Numbered from the stretch's first letter, positions 20,548 to 30,052 are shown. The stretch: DNA of 61,811 nt from Lachnospiraceae bacterium (GCA_016281275.1 JAEEIH010000121.1:1-61811), one strand, 5' to 3'. A program made the numbers and translations. Notes: a model not told the origin generated them from the letters alone.

Positions 20548-21525
20548 ATGGCAAATCTTTTAAGCCCCGACAGCAGGGTAATGACGGGGATAAACAAAGT
20601 AGTTGATGTGATCTGGATAAGCTTTCTCTGGTGTCTGATCTGCTTGCCGTTAGTCTGGATCTTTGTGGCATTGTCTACGATAGCGGCATTCGGCGGCGAT
20701 CCCGATGCATACATTGAAGTATATAAGACGGCATTCGGGGCCGCACCTACGGACAATTCGGTGGTTCTTAGCCTGATGCTTGAGGAAACATCATATATAT
20801 TGCTGATAGAAATGCTTGTCAGAGCCGTTTTTATCGGTCCGTCGACGGCAGCCCTTTATTACACCATGGTTAAGGTCATAAGACGTGAGCGCGGGTATGC
20901 CACAAAGACGTTCTTTCACGGCTTTAAGATAAATTTTAAGACGGGTGCGCCCACATCTCTTTTGTTTGTGCTCTTCGGCATCCTTATGGTGTTTGATTTC
21001 AGATATGTGGACGCTGTGCAGGCTGAAAGCCCGACCTTTTCGAGCGTGCTTAATGTGGGACTCATTGTGGTCTGCATTTTTGTACTCTTTATTCTGGTTT
21101 GGATATTTCCGCTGCTTTCACGCTTTACGATCTCGTTGAAGCAACTCTTCAAAAACGCGATGCTCATATCCGTCAGACATTTCATCGGTTCTTTTGTGAT
21201 CGGGGGCGGATTGATAGTTTTGTTCTGGCTCTTGTACAGATTTTCGGGAGACCTCGCATCGATACTTATAATATTCCCTTTTGTGCTTCCAGGCGGAATA
21301 GCACTTGCGGCATCGTTTATCATCGAACCTGTTCTTAAAAGGTACACGGGCAACCATAACAAAGCTGCCAAATCCGTGAACGAAGAAAATGGGGAGATTC
21401 CGGACGACAGCACGCCCGCTTCACTTGAGGGTACGGTATCATCTGAGAACGGCGGGGACGGGGATTCTTCCGCTGCCGGGGATGAAGAAGAGAATTCTTC
21501 GGTTGACGAGTGGTATATGGAATGA
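20548..21525 (+). CDS. YesL/DUF624 family membrane protein
   Basis: N-terminus MANLLSPDSRVMTGINKVVDVIWISFLWCLICLPLV is typical of DUF624. About 6 TM segments and an acidic C-terminal tail. Confidence 0.6.
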   Translation: MANLLSPDSRVMTGINKVVDVIWISFLWCLICLPLVWIFVALSTIAAFGGDPDAYIEVYKTAFGAAPTDNSVVLSLMLEETSYILLIEMLVRAVFIGPSTAALYYTMVKVIRRERGYATKTFFHGFKINFKTGAPTSLLFVLFGILMVFDFRYVDAVQAESPTFSSVLNVGLIVVCIFVLFILVWIFPLLSRFTISLKQLFKNAMLISVRHFIGSFVIGGGLIVLFWLLYRFSGDLASILIIFPFVLPGGIALAASFIIEPVLKRYTGNHNKAAKSVNEENGEIPDDSTPASLEGTVSSENGGDGDSSAAGDEEENSSVDEWYME

Positions 21526-21650
21526 TATTTGCAAACGGTTTATTGAGCGGCATGAGTTAAATACCGCCTTTATACATAAAGCATGATACATGGGTTTTGT
21601 GTTTAAAAGAAATGAGCTTTGAAATACTTCTTTAAGGAGGATACAGAGAT

Positions 21651-24218
21651 ATGATCGAAGAGGATGATGTTCTGTACAAGTACATGAACTGGGGTGCGAT
21701 GGAAGCACTTATCTACTCTGAACATGATGACCCGCATTCGTGGCTCGGACCGCATGAGACAGCAGACGGTACGATGATAAATGCTTTTCTTCCCACGGCC
21801 AGGGCAGCCGACGTTGTGATCGGGAAAAAGTCTTTCCCCATGAAGAATGTTGACGATTCAGGCAACTTTTCGGTTCTTATCGGAGGCGAAAAGGTAGGGA
21901 ATTACAAGCTTGACATTACTTACAGAGATGATTCGAAGGCACTTGTTTACGATCCGTACAGCTTCCGCAAGCAGATATCCGAAGAAGACGAGGACAGGTT
22001 TATCCGCGGCGTTCACTACGAGATATATGAGAAGCTCGGAGCGCATGTTATTTCCGTGAACAGAGTAAAGGGAACCTACTTTGCCGTCTGGGCACCCAAC
22101 GCTCAGCGTGTGAGCGTGGTCGGAGATTTCAATACGTGGGACGGAAGGCGCCACCCCATGAGGAAGCTTCGCGCGGCAGGCATTTTTGAACTGTTTATCC
22201 CTGGGCTTTCCGAAGGGACCATATACAAATATGAGATCAAGGCACAGAGCGGTCTGACATACCTGAAGGCGGACCCCTATGCGAACGCCACCGAGATGCG
22301 ACCGGGAAATGCGTCCATCGTCGCCGATCTTTCTTATGAGTGGAAAGACGGCAAGTACATGGCGAACAGAAAGAAGCTTGATATCACAAAGTGTCCTATG
22401 TCCGTTTATGAGGTACACCTCGGCTCCTGGATGCGGAAGGGCGAAGGAGACAACGATTTCTACACCTACGGTGAGACGGCCGAACTTCTTTCAAAATATG
22501 TCAAGAAAATGGGATATACCCACATAGAGCTTTTACCGGTTATGGAGCATCCTTTCGACGGCTCTTGGGGATATCAGGTGACCGGATATTTTGCACCGAC
22601 CTCGAGATACGGATCCCCGAAGGATTTTATGGCGTTTATGGACCACATGCACCAGGAAGGAATCGGCGTTATACTTGATTGGGTACCCGCTCACTTTCCG
22701 AGGGATTCCTTCGCGCTTGCCGGATTTGACGGAACCTGCCTTTATGAGCATCCCGACAGAAGGCTCGGAGAGCATCCCGATTGGGGAACGCTGATATTCG
22801 ATTTCGGACGTCCCGAGGTTTCGAATTTTCTGATCGCAAGTGTGCTTTTCTGGACGGAAAAGTATCATGCCGACGGCATAAGAATGGATGCCGTTGCATC
22901 AATGCTTTATCTTGACTACGGACGTCAGGATGGACAGTGGCTGCCGAATAGGTACGGGGGAAAGGAAAATCTCGAAGCGATCGAGCTTTTGAAGCATCTT
23001 AATTCCATCTTCCATAAAAAGAAGAACGGAGCGCTCATCATAGCTGAGGAATCGACTGCCTGGCCGAATGTTACAAAGCCCGTCGAGGAAGACGGACTGG
23101 GATTCGACCTTAAGTGGAACATGGGATGGATGAATGATTTTACATCATATATGCGTCAGGATCCTCTCTTCAGAAAGGGATGTCACGGACAGCTCACGTT
23201 TAGCATGATGTACGCGTACAGTGAGAATTTTGTGCTTGTTCTTTCTCACGATGAGGTTGTTCACGGCAAGGGTTCGATGATCAACAAGATGCCCGGAGAA
23301 CTTACGGATAAATTTGCAAATCTTCGCGCGGCTTACGGGTTTATGATGGGACATCCGGGAAAGAAGCTGTTGTTCATGGGTCAGGAGTTCGGTCAGATCC
23401 GCGAATGGGCGGAAAACAGAAGCCTTGACTGGAACCTTCTCGATGAGCCGCTTCACGCAAAGCTTTCAGACTATGTTGCAGCCATCAACAAGATGTACCG
23501 CGATATGCCGGCTTTTACGGAGCTTGACTGTGATCCCGATGGATTCAAGTGGCTCGGGTGCCTTGATGCGGACCACAGCATCGTAAGTTTTGTCAGAAAA
23601 ACACATAAGCCGGAAGAAACTTTATTATTTGCTTTCAATTTTACTCCTGTGGAGTATAATGAATACAGACAGGCGGTTCCTTTTCCCGGAGCATACAAAG
23701 AGATCCTTTCGAGCGATGCCGTGAAATACGGTGGATCGGGACATGTTAATCCCAGGACAAAGACATCTGAACCGATTGAAAAGGACGGATGGGATAATTC
23801 AATTGTGATTAAGCTCCCGCCTCTGGGAATGACGGTTTTCTCCTGCACGCCGGGTGACGTGGAGAAGAAAGACAAAAAAGCCGGGAAAGAGCGCCTGAAG
23901 GCAAAACAGGTCAAAACCAAAAAAACAGCGGAGACCGCAAAACAGGTTAAGGCCGAAAAAGCAGCGGAGACCGCAAAACTGGTTAAAGCTGAAAAAACAG
24001 CGGAGACCGCTAAAAAGGTTAAAACCTTGAAAACGGCGAAAGCCGCGGACCGGGCTAAGCCCGGGAAAACAGCGGTGATCGAAAAAACGGGTGAAAAGAA
24101 AAAGAACGCGGGAGAAATAAAGCCCGCACAGGCTGCCGATAAGGCTGAAAAGACAAAAACCGCCGAAAAAGTGAAATCGGGTGTAAAGGCGGGAAAGTCG
24201 AAAAAAAGAAATAATTGA
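21651..24218 (+). CDS. glgB: 1,4-alpha-glucan branching enzyme with C-terminal Lys/Ala-rich repeat tail
   Basis: 855 aa. GlgB-type N-domain, GH13 core (YEVHLGSW, GIGVILDWVPAHF, ADGIRMDAVASMLY, IAEESTAWP, LSHDEVVHGK). About 120 extra residues of K/A/T/E repeats follow about aa 736. Confidence 0.92.
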   Translation: MIEEDDVLYKYMNWGAMEALIYSEHDDPHSWLGPHETADGTMINAFLPTARAADVVIGKKSFPMKNVDDSGNFSVLIGGEKVGNYKLDITYRDDSKALVYDPYSFRKQISEEDEDRFIRGVHYEIYEKLGAHVISVNRVKGTYFAVWAPNAQRVSVVGDFNTWDGRRHPMRKLRAAGIFELFIPGLSEGTIYKYEIKAQSGLTYLKADPYANATEMRPGNASIVADLSYEWKDGKYMANRKKLDITKCPMSVYEVHLGSWMRKGEGDNDFYTYGETAELLSKYVKKMGYTHIELLPVMEHPFDGSWGYQVTGYFAPTSRYGSPKDFMAFMDHMHQEGIGVILDWVPAHFPRDSFALAGFDGTCLYEHPDRRLGEHPDWGTLIFDFGRPEVSNFLIASVLFWTEKYHADGIRMDAVASMLYLDYGRQDGQWLPNRYGGKENLEAIELLKHLNSIFHKKKNGALIIAEESTAWPNVTKPVEEDGLGFDLKWNMGWMNDFTSYMRQDPLFRKGCHGQLTFSMMYAYSENFVLVLSHDEVVHGKGSMINKMPGELTDKFANLRAAYGFMMGHPGKKLLFMGQEFGQIREWAENRSLDWNLLDEPLHAKLSDYVAAINKMYRDMPAFTELDCDPDGFKWLGCLDADHSIVSFVRKTHKPEETLLFAFNFTPVEYNEYRQAVPFPGAYKEILSSDAVKYGGSGHVNPRTKTSEPIEKDGWDNSIVIKLPPLGMTVFSCTPGDVEKKDKKAGKERLKAKQVKTKKTAETAKQVKAEKAAETAKLVKAEKTAETAKKVKTLKTAKAADRAKPGKTAVIEKTGEKKKNAGEIKPAQAADKAEKTKTAEKVKSGVKAGKSKKRNN
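23922..24047 (+). repeat. In-frame 36-nt (12-aa) tandem repeat KTAETAKQVKAE x about 3.5 inside the glgB tail
   Basis: Units start at 23922, 23958, 23994 and 24030, in the codon phase of glgB. Confidence 0.85.
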
Positions 24219-24303
24219 TTCGGATGATTATTCTGGTGATTCGTGAATAACTAAGCCTGAAAACCTGATAAGGGCAGGTTGGGGTAATTGTGGGGGACGT
24301 GTT

Positions 24304-24510
24304 ATGAAGAATGTTGGAATGATTGTTGATGAAGGAATCTGCACGGGGTGCTGCGAGTGCCTCGGAGCCTGTGATTCGAACAGCATTGTGATGATCTACA
24401 GCATAGAACTGGGTCGTCCCGTGCCCTGCATTTCTGAGGATTGCAGCGGTTGCGGAGAATGCGTTGATGCGTGTGACAGCAGGGAGTTGTTAAAAGTTCA
24501 AAACATGTAA
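24304..24510 (+). CDS. Small 2x[4Fe-4S] ferredoxin
   Basis: 68 aa with two CxxCxxCxxxC motifs (CTGCCECLGAC and CSGCGECVDAC). Confidence 0.75.
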   Translation: MKNVGMIVDEGICTGCCECLGACDSNSIVMIYSIELGRPVPCISEDCSGCGECVDACDSRELLKVQNM

Positions 24511-24520
24511 AAGCATTGTA

Positions 24521-24554
24521 CCCCTCCCGCATAATCAAAAATATGCGGGAGGGG
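24521..24554 (+). terminator. Strong rho-independent terminator (13-bp stem CCCCTCCCGCATA/TATGCGGGAGGGG)
   Basis: Perfect inverted repeat 10 nt after the ferredoxin stop, followed by a T-rich tract. It insulates the downstream 35-kb block. Confidence 0.8.
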
Positions 24555-24664
24555 GATCGGTTTGCTTTCTTAAACGATCAATCTTTTTTCCATTCCCTTT
24601 GCACAATCTAATCGAATATGGTAATGTTATGTGTGGGTGTTTTTTTTCTTACACGTATATTATA

Positions 24665-24694
24665 TTGTCGGACTTTTGTCGGACTTTTGTCGGA
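24665..24694 (+). promoter_or_regulatory. 11-nt direct repeat TTGTCGGACTT x 2.8 in the leader of the CIS block
   Basis: Units start at 24665, 24676 and 24687 (one helical turn apart), about 170 nt upstream of the first gene. Promoter-like TTGCAC-17-TAATGT at 24599-24627. Confidence 0.45.
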
Positions 24695-24861
24695 GGAGTC
24701 CTGATGCTTTATAAAATTCAGGCAAAGAGTCAACGGACATAAAACCGGCGTTGAAGGTAAGCTTGTTTTTCGGTGAAGCGGAGGGCAAGGAATCAGCGGC
24801 TCATAACGGCCGTAAAAGAGGAGACTTGAGTTCAGGTTAACTATGTAAGGAGAGGTGTGTC

Positions 24862-26661
24862 GTGAAAAACAATCAATTGCTTCCTTTTGAGAGGAACCGT
24901 TACTATGCGGGCAAGATGCTCACTTCGGCCGATTTTCAGGCAGAGCAGAATTATGTAAATAATAAGCGAAGATTCGTGAACAACATGATGTTCGGTTCGG
25001 GTATCGTGTGCGGATGCAATGTCCTGAGTCTGGACGATCTTTCGATACTTGTCGAGAGCGGCATGGCAATCGACAATTTCGGAAGAGAGATCGTTATTGC
25101 TTCCTCGGTAGTCAAAAAGCTTTCCGCTATTGAGGGCTTTGATACCATTGCCGGAAATAAAGCGCTTCTTTGCATTAAATACCGGGAGGACAATGTCCAT
25201 ACCGTTTATTCCGTCGGATATCAGGATAACAAGAGCTCCGAATATGAATTCAACCGCGTGAGCGAGAGTTATGACCTCTTCCTGATGGATGCGTCGAATG
25301 TTGTTCCGAGAGTTGAGCTTGAAACCGAGCTCCTTGCGCGACAGAGCCTTTACAGTGATTCGGATCACAGGATCACGCTCATAGTTCCTTCGCAGATCCC
25401 GAAAGGAAAATCGGCGAAGGTCGTTGTCCGTATCGACAAGATCTCTTCAAAACCTGTCACTCTTTCGTATGAGAGTGTTCTTCAGGTACCCGTATTCACG
25501 ACAGCAAACCGTTCAAGAGAATTGTCTCTCGAATTATCTGACATTAACCTTCTCGAGGGCGGATGCATTGAAAAAGAATACTGGATCACCGCGCAGGATA
25601 CACCCGTGGACAGCGCGGAGCTTGTCATTAAGGCAGGTTCGTCGCATCTCAAGATCGACGGTCATGACGTGGATATTCCCGACGTTCCTTCGGTAAAGGT
25701 GAGCATCGTGGAGATCGACACGGAATCGCTTGTCACCCGCGAAATCTCAAAGCTCAGTCTTGAGCTTCGTTCAGGTCTCAATACAACCGATTATCTTGTG
25801 CTTGCCTGCATTGACCTTGTTCGCACGGAAAGCGCTTATATCATCGATAAAATCTCCGACGGCAATGACAAAAGGTATATCGCTTCTCCTTCACAGCATT
25901 TTGAAAGAACGAAGCTTTCGGCATTTTTCTCCGATACACCTGTTCATGAGGAAGAAACAGGCAACACCGAAAGAGTGATTTCTGAGGACAAGGAAAGAGG
26001 GATGTCCTCGAATCATTTCCAGATCGCCACGGGCACGCTTGAAATCCCTCTCGGTGAAAAGCCGAGGCGAGGGGATGTCAGGTATTCGGGCGAAATCATG
26101 CATGGACTCGGAAAAGGCAATGTCTATGTTGAAATAGGTTACGAGCAGTTCGAAGACGACAAATCTCTCGGCATGAGTGCAAAGAGCACCGTTTACGGCA
26201 ATGCTGAGCTTTTTGCGACCTCGAATGACAATATACCGGATGTCGAAACCGCCGTTAAGGTCCTTAACGATAAAGGCAGTTTTATCGTTGCGGCAAAGAT
26301 AGGGCGTGAACCCGAATTCCTTACCCTTACATACAGGTGGGTTGCAATCAGATTCCCTTCGGGTAACGACCTCGGACTTCTTGAAAACAACAACAATAAG
26401 AGTATCACCGTCGATACACCTACTGTAATACTCGGAACAAAGGACAGCTATTTCTTCAACGTCAACTTCAACAACATGGAGAAATGCAGCGTAGCCTACG
26501 AGCTTACAGAAGAGGGAAGCGGCGAGATCACGGCCGAAGGCGTATATACGGCGCCCGCCAAAGAAGGCGTATTTGAGATCAGGATCTACTGCGTGGAGAA
26601 TCCGTCTGTTTGCACATACGCATATGCGATCGTCAAGAAAAAAGGACTTGAAAATGCCTGA
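24862..26661 (+). CDS. Hypothetical 599-aa protein, first gene of the block (possible fibre/receptor-binding candidate)
   Basis: GTG start, 6 nt after AAGGAGAGG. No TM segment. The N-terminal motif LPFERNRYYAGKMLTSADFQAEQNY...GSGIVCGCNV is one I recall from conserved hypotheticals in tail-like loci (unverified). C-terminal beta-rich region with ITAEGVYTAPAKEGVFEI (Ig-like-domain style). Confidence 0.35.
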   Translation: MKNNQLLPFERNRYYAGKMLTSADFQAEQNYVNNKRRFVNNMMFGSGIVCGCNVLSLDDLSILVESGMAIDNFGREIVIASSVVKKLSAIEGFDTIAGNKALLCIKYREDNVHTVYSVGYQDNKSSEYEFNRVSESYDLFLMDASNVVPRVELETELLARQSLYSDSDHRITLIVPSQIPKGKSAKVVVRIDKISSKPVTLSYESVLQVPVFTTANRSRELSLELSDINLLEGGCIEKEYWITAQDTPVDSAELVIKAGSSHLKIDGHDVDIPDVPSVKVSIVEIDTESLVTREISKLSLELRSGLNTTDYLVLACIDLVRTESAYIIDKISDGNDKRYIASPSQHFERTKLSAFFSDTPVHEEETGNTERVISEDKERGMSSNHFQIATGTLEIPLGEKPRRGDVRYSGEIMHGLGKGNVYVEIGYEQFEDDKSLGMSAKSTVYGNAELFATSNDNIPDVETAVKVLNDKGSFIVAAKIGREPEFLTLTYRWVAIRFPSGNDLGLLENNNNKSITVDTPTVILGTKDSYFFNVNFNNMEKCSVAYELTEEGSGEITAEGVYTAPAKEGVFEIRIYCVENPSVCTYAYAIVKKKGLENA

Positions 26662-26729
26662 CCCGGCTTAAGTGATTATGAGATGAAAACCCGGTACACA
26701 GGTATGTATTGGGCAAGTGAGGGAATTAC

Positions 26730-27563
26730 ATGATCTATGAGATCGGAAATATGTCACTCAACTGCATAAGAGAGGTGTTCAGATGCGAAGCAGACAATGT
26801 CAGCATCTGTCAGGATATAAACGCAGCCGCCGACACCTGTTACACGCTTGTGACGGTTAAGGATCACGGTCTTGCCAAGGAACTGATCGAAAGCTTTGAA
26901 GCTGAAGGAAAACAATTTCTTGCCACGGCACCGCATCCGGATGGGTTTCTGATCCTGTTCCCGTATAAGCCGGAGAGACGATTGTCACAGTTTTATATGG
27001 GTTCACTTTTCTCGAATGAGGAGTGCGAGAAAATCTGCGTCAACCTTGTCATGGAATGTATGAGGGCTGACATACCGTATCCGTTACTTTATCTGATACT
27101 TGACCAGGATCAGATCGACCTGGGAAAGGACTGTTCGATCAGCTTCGGTTACGGACTCGATCTTTCGGCATATGACAGTAGCATAGGAGAACGCGAATGT
27201 GCCAATAAATGCGCCGAAATCGTGTTTGGGCTTATCGAATCAAAGTCGGAAGCCAAAGCAATGAGTTACGAGCTCATGAAAAGAAAGGTACCGAAGAACG
27301 TCTACATTCATTTTGCGGAGATCTTTCGTGATATAAAAGTCACGACCGAGGCTGAAGTAAAAGTCGGTATCGTCAAAAGGGCAAGAGCATTTCTGTCGCG
27401 AAATCTGGGGAGATTTTTTAAATTGTTTATCATACTCTGCGGCATACTCGTAGTCGTGGTTCTCCTGATGTTGTTGACGCAATTGCTGGTAGGAGATATT
27501 TCGTTTTTCCGTTTGTTTAAGAATCCGTTTAAGGAGATAGGTACGGAATCGATGCTCCAATAA
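26730..27563 (+). CDS. Hypothetical C-terminally membrane-anchored protein
   Basis: 277 aa. Single hydrophobic helix near the C-terminus (FFKLFIILCGILVVVVLLMLLTQLLVG). No family recognised. Confidence 0.5.
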   Translation: MIYEIGNMSLNCIREVFRCEADNVSICQDINAAADTCYTLVTVKDHGLAKELIESFEAEGKQFLATAPHPDGFLILFPYKPERRLSQFYMGSLFSNEECEKICVNLVMECMRADIPYPLLYLILDQDQIDLGKDCSISFGYGLDLSAYDSSIGERECANKCAEIVFGLIESKSEAKAMSYELMKRKVPKNVYIHFAEIFRDIKVTTEAEVKVGIVKRARAFLSRNLGRFFKLFIILCGILVVVVLLMLLTQLLVGDISFFRLFKNPFKEIGTESMLQ

Positions 27564-27685
27564 AGTCCGTTATTACGGATAAGAAATCGGATGCGAAAGT
27601 GTCGAAACCGAAGGATCGGTACCGCAGCGCAGCTTCGGGACTGAAATCGGGTGGAATAAAAAGCATCCCGTGAGGAGGAATTCCT

Positions 27686-30052
27686 TTGAAATCAAGGGCA
27701 TTTGGTGCATTTTGCATGGTGGTTTTAATAGCGCTGACAGTGGTCGTGACGGGGTATATCACGTTTGACCAGTGTCTTGTTTATGCACCCTCGGAGCAAA
27801 ATGTCCTTTTCGGAGTTGAAGACGGAAAAGGCAACAGCTATGTATATTTTGAATCATCCGCAAATGCCGGAATATACAAGCTTAACGAAAACAATAAACT
27901 GATGGCATCCGTGGTCGACGGCTCGGGTAATCCATGGGACGGCGGCAAGGTTATTGATCTGATATATTCTTCCGGAATGATCCGGATGGCTGTCAGAACC
28001 CAGTCGGGTCTTAAAATCTTCGCATGGAGTGATGACCTTAAGGACGGTAACAGTCAGACAGTGCCGTTTTCGAATGATGTTGTTGTTTCATCGGTTTGCT
28101 TAAGCAACGGATCGCTCTTGGCGGTCACGATCGAAAAAGGCGGAACCGAGGCGGTTGTTTACAGACTCGGAGCAGCCGGTCGCGACCCCGAAGTCGTTTA
28201 TTTTGAAACGGCAGAAGGCGGACTTCGCTTCCTTGACGCGAGATATGTCAATGAAAGATTGGAAAGACTTATGTCCGACGGATCGCGGACACCCGGTTTT
28301 GCGGCATCCACAGACGAAAGAACGAAGCTTCCCGAAAATGTCGGTTTCATGGGTATCTCGATGGGTTTTTCGACCGTTGTGCGTAACATTCTCTTTATGG
28401 TTGCGATCATCTTTGCGATCATATTCTTCTTCAGAACGGTTGTCTTTAAGAGAAATTACGTATGGCTTAAAATCTACGGATTCATGATTCTGGTGGCTCT
28501 GTGCCTCTCGGCATCCATATACCTTGTAAATGAGCCCGTCAGTCATTCGAGGGCAGAAGAAAGGATGAGGGAGTCGGAGGATATACTTAGGCTCATCGGT
28601 CGCGATTTTGTCGATTATGACGGTTCACTGGGAACCGCAAGATATGACGAAGCGTATAAAGCGCTCAGCGGATATTGGGGTAAGACCGGTACGATCGCTG
28701 ATCTTTGCGTTACATCGATAAACAACGGAAGGGCACTGGTGAATGTTTCGACCCAGCTTCCTTACGGACAGTGGCTTGCGGATTCATGGGGCGAAGCAGT
28801 AGACGACTGCATAGAAAAGGCACATGCGGGCAATTCGCCGGTATGGAATGAGATCACTCTGAAAGGTGTCAGCTTCCTTACGGTTGCGCTTCCCATAACC
28901 GATGAAGCGGGCGCGAGAAGCTTTATCTCGGCTATCGTGCAATACGAGGATATCATCGCCGATAATGCGATCAACCTTATCACGTATCTCGGATATATGT
29001 TCTTTGTCTGGGGCTGTGCGCTCGTGATTATCATAATCATCAGCTATATGCGTGCGAGGGAGCTTAAGGTTCTTTCGACGACGCTGACGCGTGTCTGTAG
29101 CGGAGATCAGCTGGAGGTTGTGAAACCGCATGCCGGATCGAAAGATTTTGAAAGAATGTGGAATGCGGCTGCAGAGCTTTCCAAGGTTATGGAGAGAAAC
29201 AATTACCTCAAGAATCAGACGCTCACTTCCGTTTCCAGATTTGCTCCGCAGAATATCGAGAAATTCCTCGGCAGGGATTCCATTACGGATGTGAGAGTCG
29301 GGGACAGAGGGTCCGTTAACGGAACGGTCGCATTGGTAGAAGTCGCGAGACCTTTCATCAGGAAACGAAGCGACTACATGGACTACATGAGCCGCAACAT
29401 TGAAATATTGTGTAAATACAAAAGAGAATATTCGGGCGTGATAATCAGCGACAGCGCGACCATGTGCTCGTCGCGGATCCTGTTTGCAAATGAGAACGGC
29501 AATCCCATAGCGTTCGGGGTGAGGACGGTCGAAGCGCTGATCAAATCGGATCCGGCACAGAGAAAGCGGGCTCTCATACTGCTTCACAAGACGGAATATG
29601 AGTACGGGATCACGGGCTCGGCCGATCAGAGCTTTGCATGCATAAGCTCGACACAGCTTGACGCGATAGCGCTTCGCATTCCTAAGCTCTTGGATCTCGG
29701 ATTGCGTGTGGTTGCATCGGAGGATGCGATGGCAAACCATGTCAACGACTATTCCGTTCGTTATATAGGGTATCTTGAACTCGGTGAAAACGGCGGCAAC
29801 GTAAAGCTGTACGAAGTGCTTGATTCTGCTCCTATGGAGGAGAGAAACAGAAAGAAGCAGACGGCGCAGAATTTCAGAAGAGCGCTTGATCTTTATTATA
29901 CAAACGATTTTTATCTTGCACGAAATGTGTTTACGGAGGTAATAAAGGACTGCCCCGAAGACCTTGTGGCAAGATGGTATCTGTTCAGATGCGAAGGGAT
30001 GCTTGACGGGGGTAAGGTTGAACAGTTCGGATATGGGCTTCTTTCGGAATGA
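27686..30052 (+). CDS. Receptor-type membrane protein with degenerate class III nucleotidyl-cyclase homology domain
   Basis: TTG start, 7 nt after GAGGAGG. Four hydrophobic helices delimit two extracytoplasmic regions. The C-terminal region RFAPQNIEKFLGRDSITDVRVGD...VKLYEVLD...FRRALDLYYTNDFYLARNVFTEVIKDCPEDLVARWYLFRCE matches the RFVPxxFLxxLGKxSIxDVxLGD...YEV...D.A..Y..RC pattern of class IIIb cyclases. Confidence 0.6.
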   Translation: MKSRAFGAFCMVVLIALTVVVTGYITFDQCLVYAPSEQNVLFGVEDGKGNSYVYFESSANAGIYKLNENNKLMASVVDGSGNPWDGGKVIDLIYSSGMIRMAVRTQSGLKIFAWSDDLKDGNSQTVPFSNDVVVSSVCLSNGSLLAVTIEKGGTEAVVYRLGAAGRDPEVVYFETAEGGLRFLDARYVNERLERLMSDGSRTPGFAASTDERTKLPENVGFMGISMGFSTVVRNILFMVAIIFAIIFFFRTVVFKRNYVWLKIYGFMILVALCLSASIYLVNEPVSHSRAEERMRESEDILRLIGRDFVDYDGSLGTARYDEAYKALSGYWGKTGTIADLCVTSINNGRALVNVSTQLPYGQWLADSWGEAVDDCIEKAHAGNSPVWNEITLKGVSFLTVALPITDEAGARSFISAIVQYEDIIADNAINLITYLGYMFFVWGCALVIIIIISYMRARELKVLSTTLTRVCSGDQLEVVKPHAGSKDFERMWNAAAELSKVMERNNYLKNQTLTSVSRFAPQNIEKFLGRDSITDVRVGDRGSVNGTVALVEVARPFIRKRSDYMDYMSRNIEILCKYKREYSGVIISDSATMCSSRILFANENGNPIAFGVRTVEALIKSDPAQRKRALILLHKTEYEYGITGSADQSFACISSTQLDAIALRIPKLLDLGLRVVASEDAMANHVNDYSVRYIGYLELGENGGNVKLYEVLDSAPMEERNRKKQTAQNFRRALDLYYTNDFYLARNVFTEVIKDCPEDLVARWYLFRCEGMLDGGKVEQFGYGLLSE

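Noticed and set aside
24718-24750. c-di-GMP (GEMM-I-like) riboswitch in the CIS leader, prompted by AGGCAAAG ... GGACATAAAACCGG.
   Set aside because: It has only a loose resemblance to GGCAAA ... GGACGCAAAGCC.CCGG. The intervening P1 hairpin with a GNRA tetraloop is missing (only 7 nt between the elements). Not supportable without a covariance-model hit.
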